Below are positions 32,452 through 46,474 of a stretch of 64,000 nucleotides of DNA, in pieces. Below the pieces are notes generated by a model. The model did no database searches and was not told where the DNA came from. It saw only the letters and a list, made by a program, of their open reading frames with translations. The position numbers and the translations under genes are program-made. Position 1 is the first letter of the stretch, and the number at the start of each line of letters is the position of its first letter. The DNA lies in contig OZ024745.1 in NCBI GenBank assembly GCA_964016885.1, forward strand, positions 30,752,001 to 30,816,000, in the 5' to 3' direction. The stretch comes from Eledone cirrhosa. Its lineage: Eukaryota.

Positions 32452-33488
32452 GGGCGGTGGATTGGCAGTATCGGTAGAGGGTCGGGCGCCATGCTTTGCA
32501 GCAAAGAGTTACGGCCCTTTATGGTCTGAGTTCAAATCCCGCCGAGGTTAACTTTGCCTTTCATCCTTACGGGGGTCGATAAAATAAAGTACCAGTAATA
32601 CACTGGAATAATTGCTGGCCTTGTGCCAAAAGTAGAAACAATTATATATAATTGGGCGGTGGATTGGCAGTATCGGTAGAGGGTCGGACGCCATGCTTTG
32701 CAGCAAAGAGTTGCGGCCCTTGCCATTCTGGGTTCAAATCCCGGCGAGGTTAACTTTGCCTTTCATCCTTACGGGGGTCGATAAAATAAAGTACCAGTAA
32801 TGTACTGGGATAATTGCTGGCCCTGTGCCAAACGTAGAAACAATTATTATATATAATTCTTTCTACTTTTGGCACAAGGCCAGCAATTATCCCAGTACAT
32901 TACTGGTACTTTATTTTATCGACCCTGTAAGGATAAAAGGCAAAGTTAACCTCGGCCGGATTTGAACTCAGACCGTAACGGGCTGTAACCTTATGCTGCA
33001 AAGCATTGCGTCCGGCCCTCTACCGATACTGCCAATCCACCGCCCTTATTATATATAATTATTTTATATAAGGTGGATGGATTGGCAGTATTGGTGGTGA
33101 ATTGGCAGTATCGGTAGAGGGTCGGACGCCATGCTTTCCAGCATAGTTACGTCCCTTTATGATCTGAGTTCAAATCCCGCCGAGGTTAACTGTGCCTTTC
33201 ATCCTTACGGTGTCGATAAAATAAAGTACCAGTAATGCACTGGATAATTGCTGGCCTTGTGCCTAAAGTAGAAACAATTATTATATATAATTCCGCTCTT
33301 TAATGTTTTCATTTACTAAATACTTTTGATTTGTGTTTGTATTGAGTTAAACGTAAATTCGGAATATTTTTCATCAAGCCTTCCAATTTTATGTTGATAA
33401 CGAATAATTGTTTCTACTTTTGGCACAAGGCCAGCAATTATCCCAGTGCATTACTGGTACTTTATTTTATCGACCTCGTAAGGATGTT
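32452..33488. mobile_element. Cluster of five SINE family A copies (+,+,-,+, partial -)
   Basis: Units of about 195 bp, GGCGGTGGATTGGCAGTATCGGTAGAG...GTTCAAATCCCG...GTAGAAACAATTAT, separated by short TA runs. Older copies lie at 31960-32440. Confidence 0.85.
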
Positions 33489-33509
33489 GATAATGAATAA
33501 TACCAATTT

Positions 33510-33835
33510 TTCCGCACACAAACATAAGGATATTCGTATAGGGACTTCAAGGGAACAAGAAGCTGTCCATCGATCCCATATTTCTGCACAACCTTCAACA
33601 AGTGGAACATGATCGTATGCTTTTTCGAGGTCCACGAAACAAGCATACACCTTTTAGCAATACTCCCATGATTTCTCGAAGACCTGCCGCGTAATGAATA
33701 TTAGATCAGCTGTGCTACGTTCTGGACTGGACAATATCCCTACACCTCTTTGCAAGACACTTAGCATAGACTTTACCAGGGTTGTTTAACAAGGAGATCC
33801 CTCTATAATTAAAGCAAATCTCTCTTATCCCCCCC
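33510..33835 (-). pseudogene. Degenerate non-LTR RT fragment
   Basis: YACFVDLEKAYDHVP, with an upstream NYRGISLLNNPGKVYAKC-like segment. Confidence 0.7.
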
Positions 33836-34972
33836 CCCCCATCTAAACATGCATATCAGAAGATCTTTTTGTTATCGGATTTAGTTTTTTGTCCACATCG
33901 TGAGGATGCACCTCTCTTCAAAGAGAAGAACCCCAAATGAGTCTGATAGCAGACGTGAAGGGGGACTTTTATTCCGAAGTCGACGGATGGTCTGCCAGAA
34001 GAAGAAGAGATTATTTCCGCCTACACATTCGATACTGAGGTTAATGGAATGAACAATACTTTAGAAAGGAGAGGCAGAGTGTGTGTTTATGTGTGTATAT
34101 ATGTGTGTGTGTGTGTGTGTGAATCAAAGTCCAAATTCAATACAATCCTATGAGTTACCTGAATTTTCCTAAACTCTAATCTCTAAACGTGTTTTCCTTT
34201 CTCTGGAGAAATATGGCGAAAGTTCATTTCAGAAACAAGTTCATATTGCAACAGTTCAACTGGATTAAGAATTATTTTAAATCACTAACACCACACCGAT
34301 TCCAACGCTGGCATCGATGGTTTGAAAGACGCCAACTAAAACTTGGTTCGTTATATTTTCATTAAATAAGAATTTACGAGAAAAAATATAAGAGATAAGA
34401 TATTTAGTACTGTCGTAATACCGTTACCCCAATGAAGGTGTGGGGGAGAGGTTTCTGGTGTGCGGAATGAAAAAAACGGAGGATGGTGAGGGAGATGAGT
34501 TAGAATAGCCATTCCAAATCGCAAAATAATTCATATTAAAAGAACGAAAGAAGTTAAATATAAGCCGTGTGTGTGTGTGCGTATGTATACATGTCTTTTT
34601 TTTTTTCTTTCTTAATTTCGAATTTATTTTGACCAAGACCTTGCCGATGGCAACGTTGTAAAAGAAACGAAATTTTCGTCATCCCTTGAGCAACCGTTCA
34701 TCCTTTGAATCTTAATGATTTACATATTTCCAACGTTCCAGATATCGTGGTCACGTGAGTGCGTGTGTGTATTGTTCTGCTTCTTTTTAAAAATGTATAT
34801 ATATATATCGTTATACTTGGGGAGGGTCATATTGTTGTAATAATATTGCCAGAAATAATAACAGAACACACTCACTGTTTGGTTGGTTTTCGCTTCTGTA
34901 TCTTTTATATCTCCATAGTTAATTCATCTGGCTATCAACGTTTATCATTGATTGACCAACGGTTAAAAATAC

Positions 34973-35027
<55 letters not shown>

Positions 35028-35029
35028 CT

Positions 35030-35072
35030 ATCAAAGTTCTTTCGTTGCACATCTGCAACATCATCAGTGGTA
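35030..35072 (-). ncRNA. Hammerhead motif of the 771/29341 family
   Basis: TACCA-CTGATGA-t-GTTGCA gatg TGCAAC-GAAA-G aa C-TT-TGATA. Confidence 0.6.
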
Positions 35073-35419
35073 CTATTATTATATAACTAATTTTACTTGT
35101 ACAGATATTTCGATATCATTAAGCAAGCTTGGATGCAAAACACAAATAGAGAAGAAAGAATGGAATGTAAAATAAGAAAATATCGAAAAAACAGAAAAGG
35201 AAGGGAAAAGCAAGGGCTCTAGTGTCACAGAAGAATGTGTTGCGGGAGGAGGGTGGTTGGACTCTGGGAACATAAATTGTCAATAAAAAATATTTTTAAA
35301 TGAAGATACATTTTGGAAGGTTTAAATTACAATTAAATTGCAATTCATAGTTGTAGATATCACATTACGTGTCTATAGTAAATTTATGACATTATCTTGA
35401 TCGGTATTATTCATTATCA

Positions 35420-36283
35420 ACGGTGGATTGGCAGTATCGTTAGAGGGTCGGGCGCCATGCTTTGACGCATAGAGTTACGCCCCTTGCCATTCTGAGTTCA
35501 AATCCCACCGAGGTTAACTTTGCCTTTCATCCTTACGAGGTCGATAAAATAAAGTACCAGTAATGCACTGGGTAATTGCTGACCGTGTGCCAAAAGTAGA
35601 AACAATTATTCATTATCAACATAAAACTGGAAGGCTTGATGAAAAATATTCTGAATTTACGTTTAACTCAATACAAACACAAATTAAAAGTATTCAGTAA
35701 ATGAAAGCACGAAAGAGCGGAATTATATATAATTGTTTCTACTTTTGGCACAAGGCCAGCAATTACCCAGTGTATTACTGGTACTTTATTTTATCGACCC
35801 CGTAAGGATGAAAGGCAAAGTTAACCTCGGTGGGATTTGAACTCAGAATGGCAAGGGGCGTAACTCTATGCGTCAAAGCATGGCATCCGACGCTCTACCA
35901 CTACTGCCAATCCACAATGATAATTCGATCACAGTAATTAACTGGTTCTTTATTTTATAGATCCTGAAAGGATGAAAGGCAAAGTTGACCTCAGCGGAAT
36001 TTGAACTCAGAACATAACCAGAACAAATACAGATATGCATGCATTTGCTTGACACTCTAACGCCTCTGTCAGTTCATCGCCCTTATTATATACAATAATT
36101 GTTTCTACTTTAGGCACAAGGCCAGCAATTACCAGTGCATTACTGGTACTTTATTTTATCGACCCCGTAAGGATGAAAGGCAAAGTCAACCTCGGCGGGA
36201 TTTGAACTCAGATGGTAAAGGGACGTAACTATGCTGGAAAGCATGGCGTCCGACCCTCTACCGATACTGCCAATCCACCGCCA
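35420..36283. mobile_element. Second SINE family A cluster (+,-,-,-)
   Basis: Same consensus as 32452-33488. It includes an inverted copy of the non-SINE spacer 33290-33405 at about 35610-35730. Confidence 0.85.
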
Positions 36284-36429
36284 TCATACAATAATGAAAG
36301 TTTTTTTTTAATGTAATTTGTTTTTCCTAATTGAAAAACGTATCTCTGTAAAATTTCATTAAAAAAATACACTATAAGAAAATTATAAGGAAACAAAGTC
36401 GGGAGGGAGACATTACAACTCGACCTGGT

Positions 36430-36860
36430 AAAATTAGATCAAGGAGTGCAAAAGGCCAGGTGCAGAGCCTCAAAGAGAAATTTTGCAAGGCGGTACAAGA
36501 TCTCTTTGGGGCTCGAAGCAGGCAAAGATTTTTCTCAAAATAGATGTTGCATGGTTGCTGTGAGGCGTTCTTAACTCTTGGCCCCCGGAACAAAGTATCA
36601 GCTGGACCCCACTCTCACAGACCCTGGCCTGAGACGTGACACACAGTGGTCTGGTGAAGTCAGCAACAGACCCAGGTTTCGTTGCTTAACAAGCTGAATA
36701 TCGCAAGCTGTTGGAGTATCAGCCTCTTTCCGATAAGTTTGTCGTTGACCACCGGCAGGAATGAGCTCCGCAAGTTGGAATGGCTATTTCAATGCATCTC
36801 GCTCACTATCTTCCGGAATAACGCTTTCTCTATACTGTCCACTGGGCCCTGAGAAGGCAT
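36430..36860 (+). pseudogene. Degenerate CRE-like non-LTR retrotransposon C-terminus (restriction-like endonuclease)
   Basis: Broken-frame pieces TLA*DVT, GFVA*QAEYRKLLEY and EWLFQCISLTIFRNNAFSILST resemble the CRE pattern L.WDVT...AE..K..KY...FLFQRLS.AIQRGNA.S.L.T. Confidence 0.45.
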
Positions 36861-37736
36861 ATGCCTGGGGTTCTGCACATTAGAGAGGCAAAGCAGACAA
36901 ACGGGAGACGTTTATCGACTGGTTCGTGCTATCACAGCTGCGCCCCGCAGACAAAATGGCACAAACATTATGGCAGAGAAAGTCAGCGACACCGTCTGCA
37001 TCAGTCACTCAATCTTACTGGGCTTCCTTCTAAGACAGGATGCACTCCTTCCAATTTTGCGGAGGAAAACAGCGGTTAGTGATCTGAGGACACCGGTGGT
37101 CTTGATAGCGACCGGCACAAAAAAGAAAAAAAGTTGTCGGTCTGGTTTTATTTTTTCTTAATTTCTCATCAACAGAGGGGGGGGGGGGGTTCTAATTCAG
37201 AAACAAGACTTTTATTCGAATTTAATTGATGTTTAAATAGAGACTGAAGAAAGACGTAAATGTGTGTGTGTGTTTATGCTTACGTTTGTGTGTGTGTTTA
37301 CGCCCCGCAATTTAGCGATGCGACGAAGGGAAATTGATAAAATAAATGCCAAACGTCCAGTAGTCAATATGATCAATTAGTTCCCTTCGGGGTGGTGCCC
37401 AAGCATACCCGCAATCTAATCACTAAAACCAGTAAAAGAATATATACAGCATTCAACAAAAGTTGTATTACCTAATACATCAGTAAGACTGGGTGATGGC
37501 GGGACTAAAGTACTAGAATAACCAAGTACCCTCACAAGGATACATTGTTAAGGTGAGTCAGTATCAGTAAATATATTTTAGGTTGGGAATAATCGCTACA
37601 CTTCCATGGTCCACTTTAACTTACAATAATTGAATTTTTTTTTTCCTCAACCAATAAGATATTTTATTTTTAATAAATCAATTGCCAGACAAATAAATAA
37701 CTGTTTCTACTTTTGGCACAAGGCCAGCAATTACAC

Positions 37737-39745
37737 AGTACATCCAACAGAAGGACCAGCTGTGCTAGTTAATGGTAGTATAGTAAGTAAGGCAATCAGA
37801 GATATGAACACAAGCAAGGCAGCAGGCCCTTTGGGGATAGTTACTGAAATGTTAAGGGTATCTGGAATGGTGGGACATACTATGGTCACCCAGATAGTAA
37901 ACCAAGTAATACAGAATGGGGTCATTACAAATGACTGGCGTAGCAGCAGCATCATCAAATGTTACAAGGGCAAAGGAGACGCCCTCGATAGAGGAAACTA
38001 TAGAGGCATTACATTAGTTGACCAGGTCATGAAAGTCACAGAAAAAGTTATTACTCAACTGATTAGAGACTGAATTGATCTAGATGAAATGCAGTTTGGG
38101 TTTGTGCCAGGTAAATGTACCACAGATGCTCTTTTCCTTGCACAACTACAGGAGAAGTACCTAGCTAACAGTAAACCCCTCTACTTAGCTTTTGTTGACT
38201 TGGAGAAAGCCTTTGACAGAGTCCCACGCACCTTAATCTGGTAGGCTCTTAGAAAACTAGGAGTGGAAGAATGGCTTGTGAGAGCCATACAAGCCATGTA
38301 TAGAGGAACAGTCAACAAAGCTAGAATTAACAATGAATATAGTGAAGAATTTAGCGTAATAGTAGGGGTTCACCAAGGCTCTGTCCTTAGCCCACTCCTG
38401 TTTATTATTGTCCTACAGGCTATAACAGAAGGGTTTAAGACTGGCTGCCCATGGGAACTTCTATATACAGATGATTAACTCTCATAGCTGAATCCATGGC
38501 TGAAGTAGAGAAGTTCCAAACATGAAAGCATGGCCTAGAATCAAAAAGCCTTAGAGTCAACTTGTCTAAGACTAAAGTTCTAGTATATAGAAAGGAGAAT
38601 AGGGCACAGGTACCCTCTAGGAAATGGCCATGCTCAGTGTCTAAGAAGGGTGTAGGCAGAAACTCCATTCTATGTCCAAAATGCAAACTATGGGTACATG
38701 AAAGATGTAGTGGGATCACAGGTACGCTATCTAAAATTGTAGATTTTATATGTGGCCGATGCTCAAGTGCAGTAGGTAGCAAGGACCTACTGGATGCTAT
38801 CTCCTTCAACTGCCCAGATGGTTCTATAGAAATAGTAAACACTTTCCGTTACCTGGGTGACAAAATCAGCAGTGGAAGAGGGTGCTCTGAAAGCGAAGTA
38901 GCCAGAGTTCGAACAGGATGGGAAAAGTTCAGAGAGATAATACTGCTGTTGGCCACAAGGGGTTTTTCTCTAAAAGTGAAAGGCATATTGTATGATGTTT
39001 GTATACGAACTGTGATATTACATGGTAGTGAGATCTGGCCGTTGTGTGTTGAAGACTTGCATAGATTAGAAAGAGGAAGCATGCATGCTCCGATGGATGT
39101 GTAATAGTAATAATATACACGAACAGTGAAACATAAACGAATTGAGAGAGAGGCTAAGCATAAGAGGTATCAAATGTTGTGTTCTGGAGAGGAGATTGCG
39201 TTGGTATGGCCATGTGATGCGTATGAAGGATGGCAGCTGTATAAAAAAGTGCAGGGCAATGAAAATTGATGGAAACTACAGAATGGGTAGACCAAGAAAA
39301 TCCTGGGACGAGGTGATAAAAACTGACCTTGCTCACTTACACCTCTCTAAGACAATGTGACTGGATCAAGATCTTTGATGCCATGCAGTTGTACAGAAGA
39401 CTCGCCTGCCCTTGCATACAAACCTACAGTCAGTAGACACCTCTTAACCCAATGTACACCCCAACCCATGCACCCTACCCATCCTACTTTTTCCATTCCG
39501 TCCACTGTGTCGATGACACAACAGTCCACACTGTAAGGTAGTCATGTAGGAGACATGGTAAAAAGGCTCCCAGCCCACACTGTAAATGTGGTTGGTGTTA
39601 GGAAGGGCATCCAGCTGTAAAAAACCTGCCAGAGACACTTCCATACGAGCAAGACACGGTCTCTCGACCATTCCCGCATCAAATGGAACAAAACAGTTTA
39701 ACCCATGCTAGTGTGGAAGATGGACGTTAAATGATGATGATGATA
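37737..39745 (+). mobile_element. 5'-truncated, pseudogenised RTE LINE (RT + PHD, 3' UTR, (GAT)n tail)
   Basis: Collinear with 14689-16770 with many stops and frameshifts. Confidence 0.9.
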
Positions 39746-39865
39746 TATATATATAGCTATATATATGTGTGTGTGTGTGTGTTTCAGTAAGAATACTATA
39801 TATTAGGGAATTTGTGTTATTTAGGGTTTGTGTTTTTAAATGGTTTAAAATGAAATCCTGATCTA

Positions 39866-40062
39866 CAGGGTGTATCAAAATGCTATATTTTTTAAACAAA
39901 TGATCAAATAATCATGTGCTAACTTGTACAGTATACGTCTGACTATAAAGTTTTATTCTGTTTTTTTTTAATAACTTTTATAAATTTTTATAAAGTTATT
40001 TACATACTGAACAATTGTAAAAATTGTAAATAAAATGGAATGATTCTTTTTGATACACACTG
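39866..40062. mobile_element. Tc1/mariner-type MITE
   Basis: TA|CAGGGTGTATCAAAA ... TTTTGATACACACTG|TA: 15 bp TIR with one mismatch and a TA duplication. Confidence 0.7.
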
Positions 40063-41744
40063 TATAAAATCTGCCACATAATTAACTTTAGAAATATTTT
40101 AAACAACTCAACAGACCAGTAAATATCAAACTTTAGGTAAAATAATAGATAGTGAATCTCTTGTAATTGATCCTTCAGATTTGTTATTGGATCCATAAGA
40201 ATAAAGTTATAACTTGTAGTTTGTGTTTTTTTTACATTGGAATACTGTACTTACATTTATATTTTTGACTCCTTTCATCATTTTAAATACTTCTAGTGTC
40301 CCCGCTTTACCCTCTTGCTTCTAAAGTTGTAATTCTTAGGGTTTTACATCATTCTTCTTCATAAGAGAGATTTCTCAAATCTGAGTGGTACTTTTGTTGT
40401 TCTTTGGATTCTTTCAATACCTTCTGTGTAATTTTGGAGTTAAGGTGACCAAGCTAGTAGAGAACACTAAGTGGGGTCACACATATTCATTATATAAAAT
40501 TAATGTTTTTGTGTGTGTGTCTGTAGGTAAAGAAGTGTTTTATTATTCCTAGCATTTAATTAGTTATTGTTCTTTTTATTTCTTTAACATGGTTTTCTTT
40601 TCTTTCTTCTAATCGTTATTTCCACTTACAAGAGAGTGCGAAATGTCACGAATATATTTAAATTGGCATTTGAGAATGTTTATGATTGCTTTTTTTAGGC
40701 CAATTACTTCTGAAGAGAGGCCAGCCTGCTGGGAATGAGGCATATTCTTCTGAAGAAAGGCCAGCCTTCTGGGAATGAGGTATACTATGTGTTGGTCTTT
40801 TAAGCCAATTACTTCTGAAGAGAAGCCAATCTGCTAAGAAAAGGATATATTGCCTACTGATCTTTAAGGCCAATCACTTCCCATGAGAAGCCATCTTACT
40901 GGGATGGAGTATACTATCTGCCTGTCTTTTAGGCTAATTACTTCCCATGAGAGTCCAGCCTGTTGATGAAGGGTTATACTATCTGATGGTCATAACTCCT
41001 GGCAGAAATATATATATACATAAATATATTCCGAAACATGCTGCTCACATGTGTTGAGTGCTCATTCAATTAATGTTTAAATGTATTAAGTAAACTGGTA
41101 TTTAAAACACCTACTCAAGTATATATATATATGTGTATGTGTGTGTACACCAATATTTATTAAACTAACTATGCTATCATTTTAGGTATATGTGTTTCAT
41201 TAGGTACTTCTTCCAGATATTTCTGAAGCAAGCCCTAAATGAAAGGTCTGAGGTTCACAGAGTACACCTCAGTGGCCTACATCATCATCATCATCATCAT
41301 TTAAAGTCTATTTTCTGTGCTTGTGGGAGTTACGCAGGTTGTTACATTATGAGACTAGCTACATCAGGTGACCATGTCCTGCTCATACTGATCTGTTTCT
41401 GGCTTGGTTTCTATGGCTGGATGCTCTTCCTAATGCCAACCACATTAAAGATGGAATTGATGCTTTGTATTGTGGCACCAGAATTACGACCTAACATAGT
41501 AGATTGGGTGCTTTGTCATTATGGCACCAGCTTGACCACATACAGAGTTGATTGGGTGTTTCTTTGTCGTGTATACATGTATATTATATCATATCTTACA
41601 TATAAACATTTGATAATGCCTAAGGCCCAAAGAGAAAACCTCAATGGCCCAGCTGTTGCTGACCACTGATTTACACAGACACATCCACCTATATATAAAT
41701 ATATGTGAAGTAATTCCGTCGGAAAGGTACAGGAAAAAAGAGTG

Positions 41745-41796
<52 letters not shown>

Positions 41797-41998
41797 ATGT
41801 GTCTATGTTGACGTATATGTTTGTGTTTATGCAGATTGATAAAATAGGTGCCAGACTTAGAAAACAAAAGTATTGAAGTTAATATAATGAAGGCAGTGCC
41901 CCAGCATGGCTACAACCCAAAGACTGAAACTAATAGAATAATAAAAGGCTAATAGAATAAAAGAAATGTCCTCACCTGTTTTGTTTTTATTGCCTTCT

Positions 41999-42103
<105 letters not shown>

Positions 42104-42507
42104 GTCTGTAATAACAGAGCAGGGAGATCTGGTGACTATTTTTAACAGGCTTCTTTTTGTAATGGTAGAGCAGAGGGTGTGATTTGAGGGAGATTTGGTT
42201 GTTACTTCCAGCAATAGTAGAGTAGAATGTGTGGTTTGAGGGAGATTTGGTTGTAATTTCTAGCAATGATAGAGTGTGTGATTTGGTGGTTATCTCTAGC
42301 ACGTAGAGCTAGGATTGTTGTGTATGTAATTATACATACAGCAGTGAATCATCATCATCATCATCATCATTGTTTTAACATCCGCTTTCTCTGGTAGCAA
42401 GGGTTGGACAGGTCTACCACATCAGTTCTGAGGAGAGGCCACTGACCTCCCTCATAGGGATCTTCATCTTGGTTACGTACACTCTCACGTTCTACTACTA
42501 CTACTAC

Positions 42508-42572
<65 letters not shown>

Positions 42573-42607
42573 ATATATATATATGTATATATATAATATA
42601 TAATTCA

Positions 42608-42697
<90 letters not shown>

Positions 42698-42869
42698 ATA
42701 TATATATATGTATATATATATGTGTGTATATATATATGTATATATATATGTGTGTATATATATATGTATATACAATCAGAGAGGGATACCGAAATTATAA
42801 AGATTTGCAGAAGTTGACTGAAGAGAAGGGACTGTTCATTTTTTTCTGTTCCCTTTGTCTTGGATGCCT

Positions 42870-42942
<73 letters not shown>

Positions 42943-43802
42943 CCTTCTCTATCATAAACAGCAAACTTCCTTCACTTACGACAGTCCAGCCATTCTCTGC
43001 ATACATGCAAATTTAATAACCCACAAGCAATAGGTGTCTTAGTTACTCAGGAAATTGCTGGCTATAGTAGACAAGGTGGAGTGGAATGTGGGTGTTGATG
43101 GGATATGGAGTGGTGGCGAGGATGGAGTGTGGAGTAGTGGTGTGGATGGGGTGAAGTGGAGTAGTGGGGTGGATGAAGTGGAGTGGAGTAGTAGTGTGGG
43201 TGGCTTGGTGTGGTGGTTGAGCTGACCCAATACTAATTTACTATCAATGCTAAAATTATAACTAATTCATATACATACACAATCATCATTGTCATCAAAT
43301 GCATACATTGTCATCATCATCATTATCACTGTTTAACGTCTATTTTCCACGCTTGCATGGGTTAAACAGGTTGTTATGTTAAGAAACTAGACCAATCTTG
43401 TGACCAAGTCTTGCGCATACATTCATGTTTGGCATGGTTTCTATGGCTGAATGCCTTTCCTAAAACTAACCCTCACTTTATAAGATGTACTGGGTGCATA
43501 AAGAGAAGGTTGGGTGCATTTTGTCATGATATCAACACTATCACTTTACAGGGTATTCTGGAAGCATTTTATCCTGGCACCAACAATGTCATTTTGTAGT
43601 GGGAGCATTTTATTGTGGCACCAACACTACCACCATACAGAGAGGACTGGGTGCTTTTTATTGTGACATCAACACTATCACTTTATAGTGTGAACTGGGT
43701 GTATCTTATTGTGGTACCAGCACTACACCATAACAATATTAGGGTGCTTATTGTATTCTCAGTCAGGTTGGGAAGGTTGTGATGAAAGTTTGAGGGGTAC
43801 AA

Positions 43803-45635
43803 GAAGATAAAAGGGGATATGCTACATGTTGCTTGTCAAGATGAAAGGGGACATGCTATATGTTGCTTGTTAAGATGAGAGGTGATACGCTACATGCTGC
43901 TTGTTAAGATGAAAGGGGACATGCTACATGTTGCTTGTTAAGATGAAAGGGGACATGCTACATGTTGCTTGTCAAGATGAGAGGTGATACGCTACATGCT
44001 GCTTGTTAAGATGAGAGGTGACACACTACATGCTGCTTGTTAAGATGAAAGGGAACATGCTACATGTTGCTTGTCAAGATGAGAGGTGATACGCTACATG
44101 CTGCTTGTTAAGATGAGAGGTGACACACTACATGCTGCTTGTTAAGATGAAAGGGGACATGCTACATGTTGCTTGTCAAGATGAGAGGTGACACGCTACA
44201 TGCTGCTTGTCAAGATGAGAGGTGACATGCTACATGTTGCTTGTCAAGATGAGAGGTGACATGCTACATGTTGCTTGTCAAGATGAGAGGTGACATGCTA
44301 CATGCTGCTTGTTAAGATGAAAGGGGACATGCTACATGTTGCTTGTCAAGATGAGAGGTGACACGCTACATGTTGCTTGTCAAGATGAGAGGTGACACGC
44401 TACATGTTGCTTGTCAAGATGAGAGGTGACATGCTACATGTTGCTTGTCAAGATGAGAGGTGACATGCTACATGTTGCTTGTCAAGATGAGAGGTGACAC
44501 GCTACATGTTGCTTGTCAAGATGAGAGGTGACACGCTACATGTTGCTTGTCAAGATGAGAGGTGACACGCTACATGTTGCTTGTCAAGATGAGAGGTGAC
44601 ATGCTACATGTTGCTTGTCAAGATGAGAGGTGACATGCTACATGTTGCTTGTCAAGATGAGAGGTGACATGCTACATGCTGCTTGTTAAGATGAAAGGGG
44701 ACATGCTACATGTTGCTTGTCAAGATGAGAGGTGACATGCTACATGCTGCTTGTCAAGATGAGAGGTGACACGCTACATGTTGCTTGTCAAGATGAGAGG
44801 TGACACGCTACATGTTGCTTGTCAAGATGAGAGGTGACACGCTACATGTTGCTTGTCAAGATGAGAGGTGACATGCTACATGTTGCTTGTCAAGATGAGA
44901 GGTGACATGCTACATGCTGCTTGTCAAGATGAGAGGTGACATGCTACATGTTGCTTGTCAAGATGAGAGGTGACACGCTACATGTTGCTTGTCAAGATGA
45001 GAGGTGACACGCTACATGTTGCTTGTCAAGATGAGAGGTGACACACTACATGCTGCTTGTTAAGATGAAAGGGGACATGCTACATGTTGCTTGTCAAGAT
45101 GAGAGGTGACACGCTACATGCTGCTTGTCAAGATGAGAGGTGACATGCTACATGTTGCTTGTCAAGATGAGAGGTGACATGCTACATGTTGCTTGTCAAG
45201 ATGAGAGGTGACATGCTACATGCTGCTTGTTAAGATGAGAGGTGACATGCTACATGTTGCTTGTCAAGATGAGAGGTGACATGCTACATGTTGCTTGTCA
45301 AGATGAGAGGTGACATGCTACATGTTGCTTGTCAAGATGAGAGGTCACATGCTACATGCTGCTTGTCAAGATGAGAGGTGACATGCTACATGTTGCTTGT
45401 CAAGATGAGAGGTGACATGCTACATGTTGCTTGTCAAGATGAGAGGTGACATGCTACATGCTGCTTGTCAAGATGAGAGGTGACATGCTATATGTTGCTT
45501 GTCAAGATGAGAGGTGACACGCTACATGTTGCTTGTCAAGATGAGAGGTGACATGCTGCTTGTCAAGATAAGAGATGACATGCTACATGTTGCTTGTCAA
45601 GATGAGAAGGGACATGCTACATGTTGTTTGTCATA
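43803..45635. repeat. 34 bp minisatellite, about 54 copies (AAGATGAGAGGTGACATGCTACATGTTGCTTGTC)
   Basis: Head-to-tail units with no spacers. Confidence 0.97.
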
Positions 45636-45666
45636 TGACTTCTACAAGAGTAGTTCTATTGAGTTA

Positions 45667-45974
45667 CAATGGAACCTCAGTTCACAAACTTAATTCATTC
45701 TTTAAGGCTGTTTGTCACCCAAAACGTTCATAAACCAAGTCTATTTTTCCCATACAAAATGTTGAGAGAGAAATACAGTGAAAGACAGATAGATATCACC
45801 ATTGTAACTAACTACACTGCAAGTGACTCTTTCCTGCCAATACTCCAAGCTTGTTGCTAACTGTTGTTACTGGCTTGCATTTTCCTTGTGAACCAAGACA
45901 TTTTATGTTCAGAAAAATTGTTTGTGAACAGATTTGTTCATGATGAGTGACGTTCATGAACCGAGGTCCCACTG
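45667..45974. mobile_element. pogo/Tigger-type MITE
   Basis: TA|CAATGGAACCTCAGTTCACAAAC ... GTTCATGAACCGAGGTCCCACTG|TA: imperfect TIRs. Confidence 0.7.
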
Positions 45975-46304
45975 TATTTCTAGCCATTGGAAATAACTTA
46001 TATAACCTCTCTACTCAATGTACTTGAGTAGCTTATTCAATTGAGGTCTCTTTCCTTCTCTCTTTAGAAAATCATACTCACTCTCTCTCTATATATATAT
46101 ATATCATCATCATCATCATCGTTTAACGTCCATATTCCATGCTTGCATGGGTTTGGACAGGAGTTTTCCCACTTGAGGCAAGAGTGGTTGTCTTGCTCGC
46201 ATAGGACTGTTTGGCGGGTTTTCTACGGCTGGATGCCCTTCCTAACACCAACCACATTTACAGGATATATATATATATCCTTCTCTATATATGTATGTAT
46301 GGAT

Positions 46305-46381
<77 letters not shown>

Positions 46382-46474
46382 AGAGAGAGAGTAAGAAAGA
46401 TAGGTAAGCTGAAACCATTTCAATGACAAGAGTGGAAATTTTATCCCACCATCAAATATCTATATAGATATATA

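Noticed and set aside
43803-45635. 34 bp palindromic repeat as a CRISPR array
   Set aside because: The units are contiguous with no unique spacers, there are no cas genes, and the context is eukaryotic.
43803-45635. Array of p53 response elements (CATG/CTTG cores)
   Set aside because: The cores are spaced 7, 7 and 5 bp rather than 10, and the flanks fit RRRCWWGYYY poorly.
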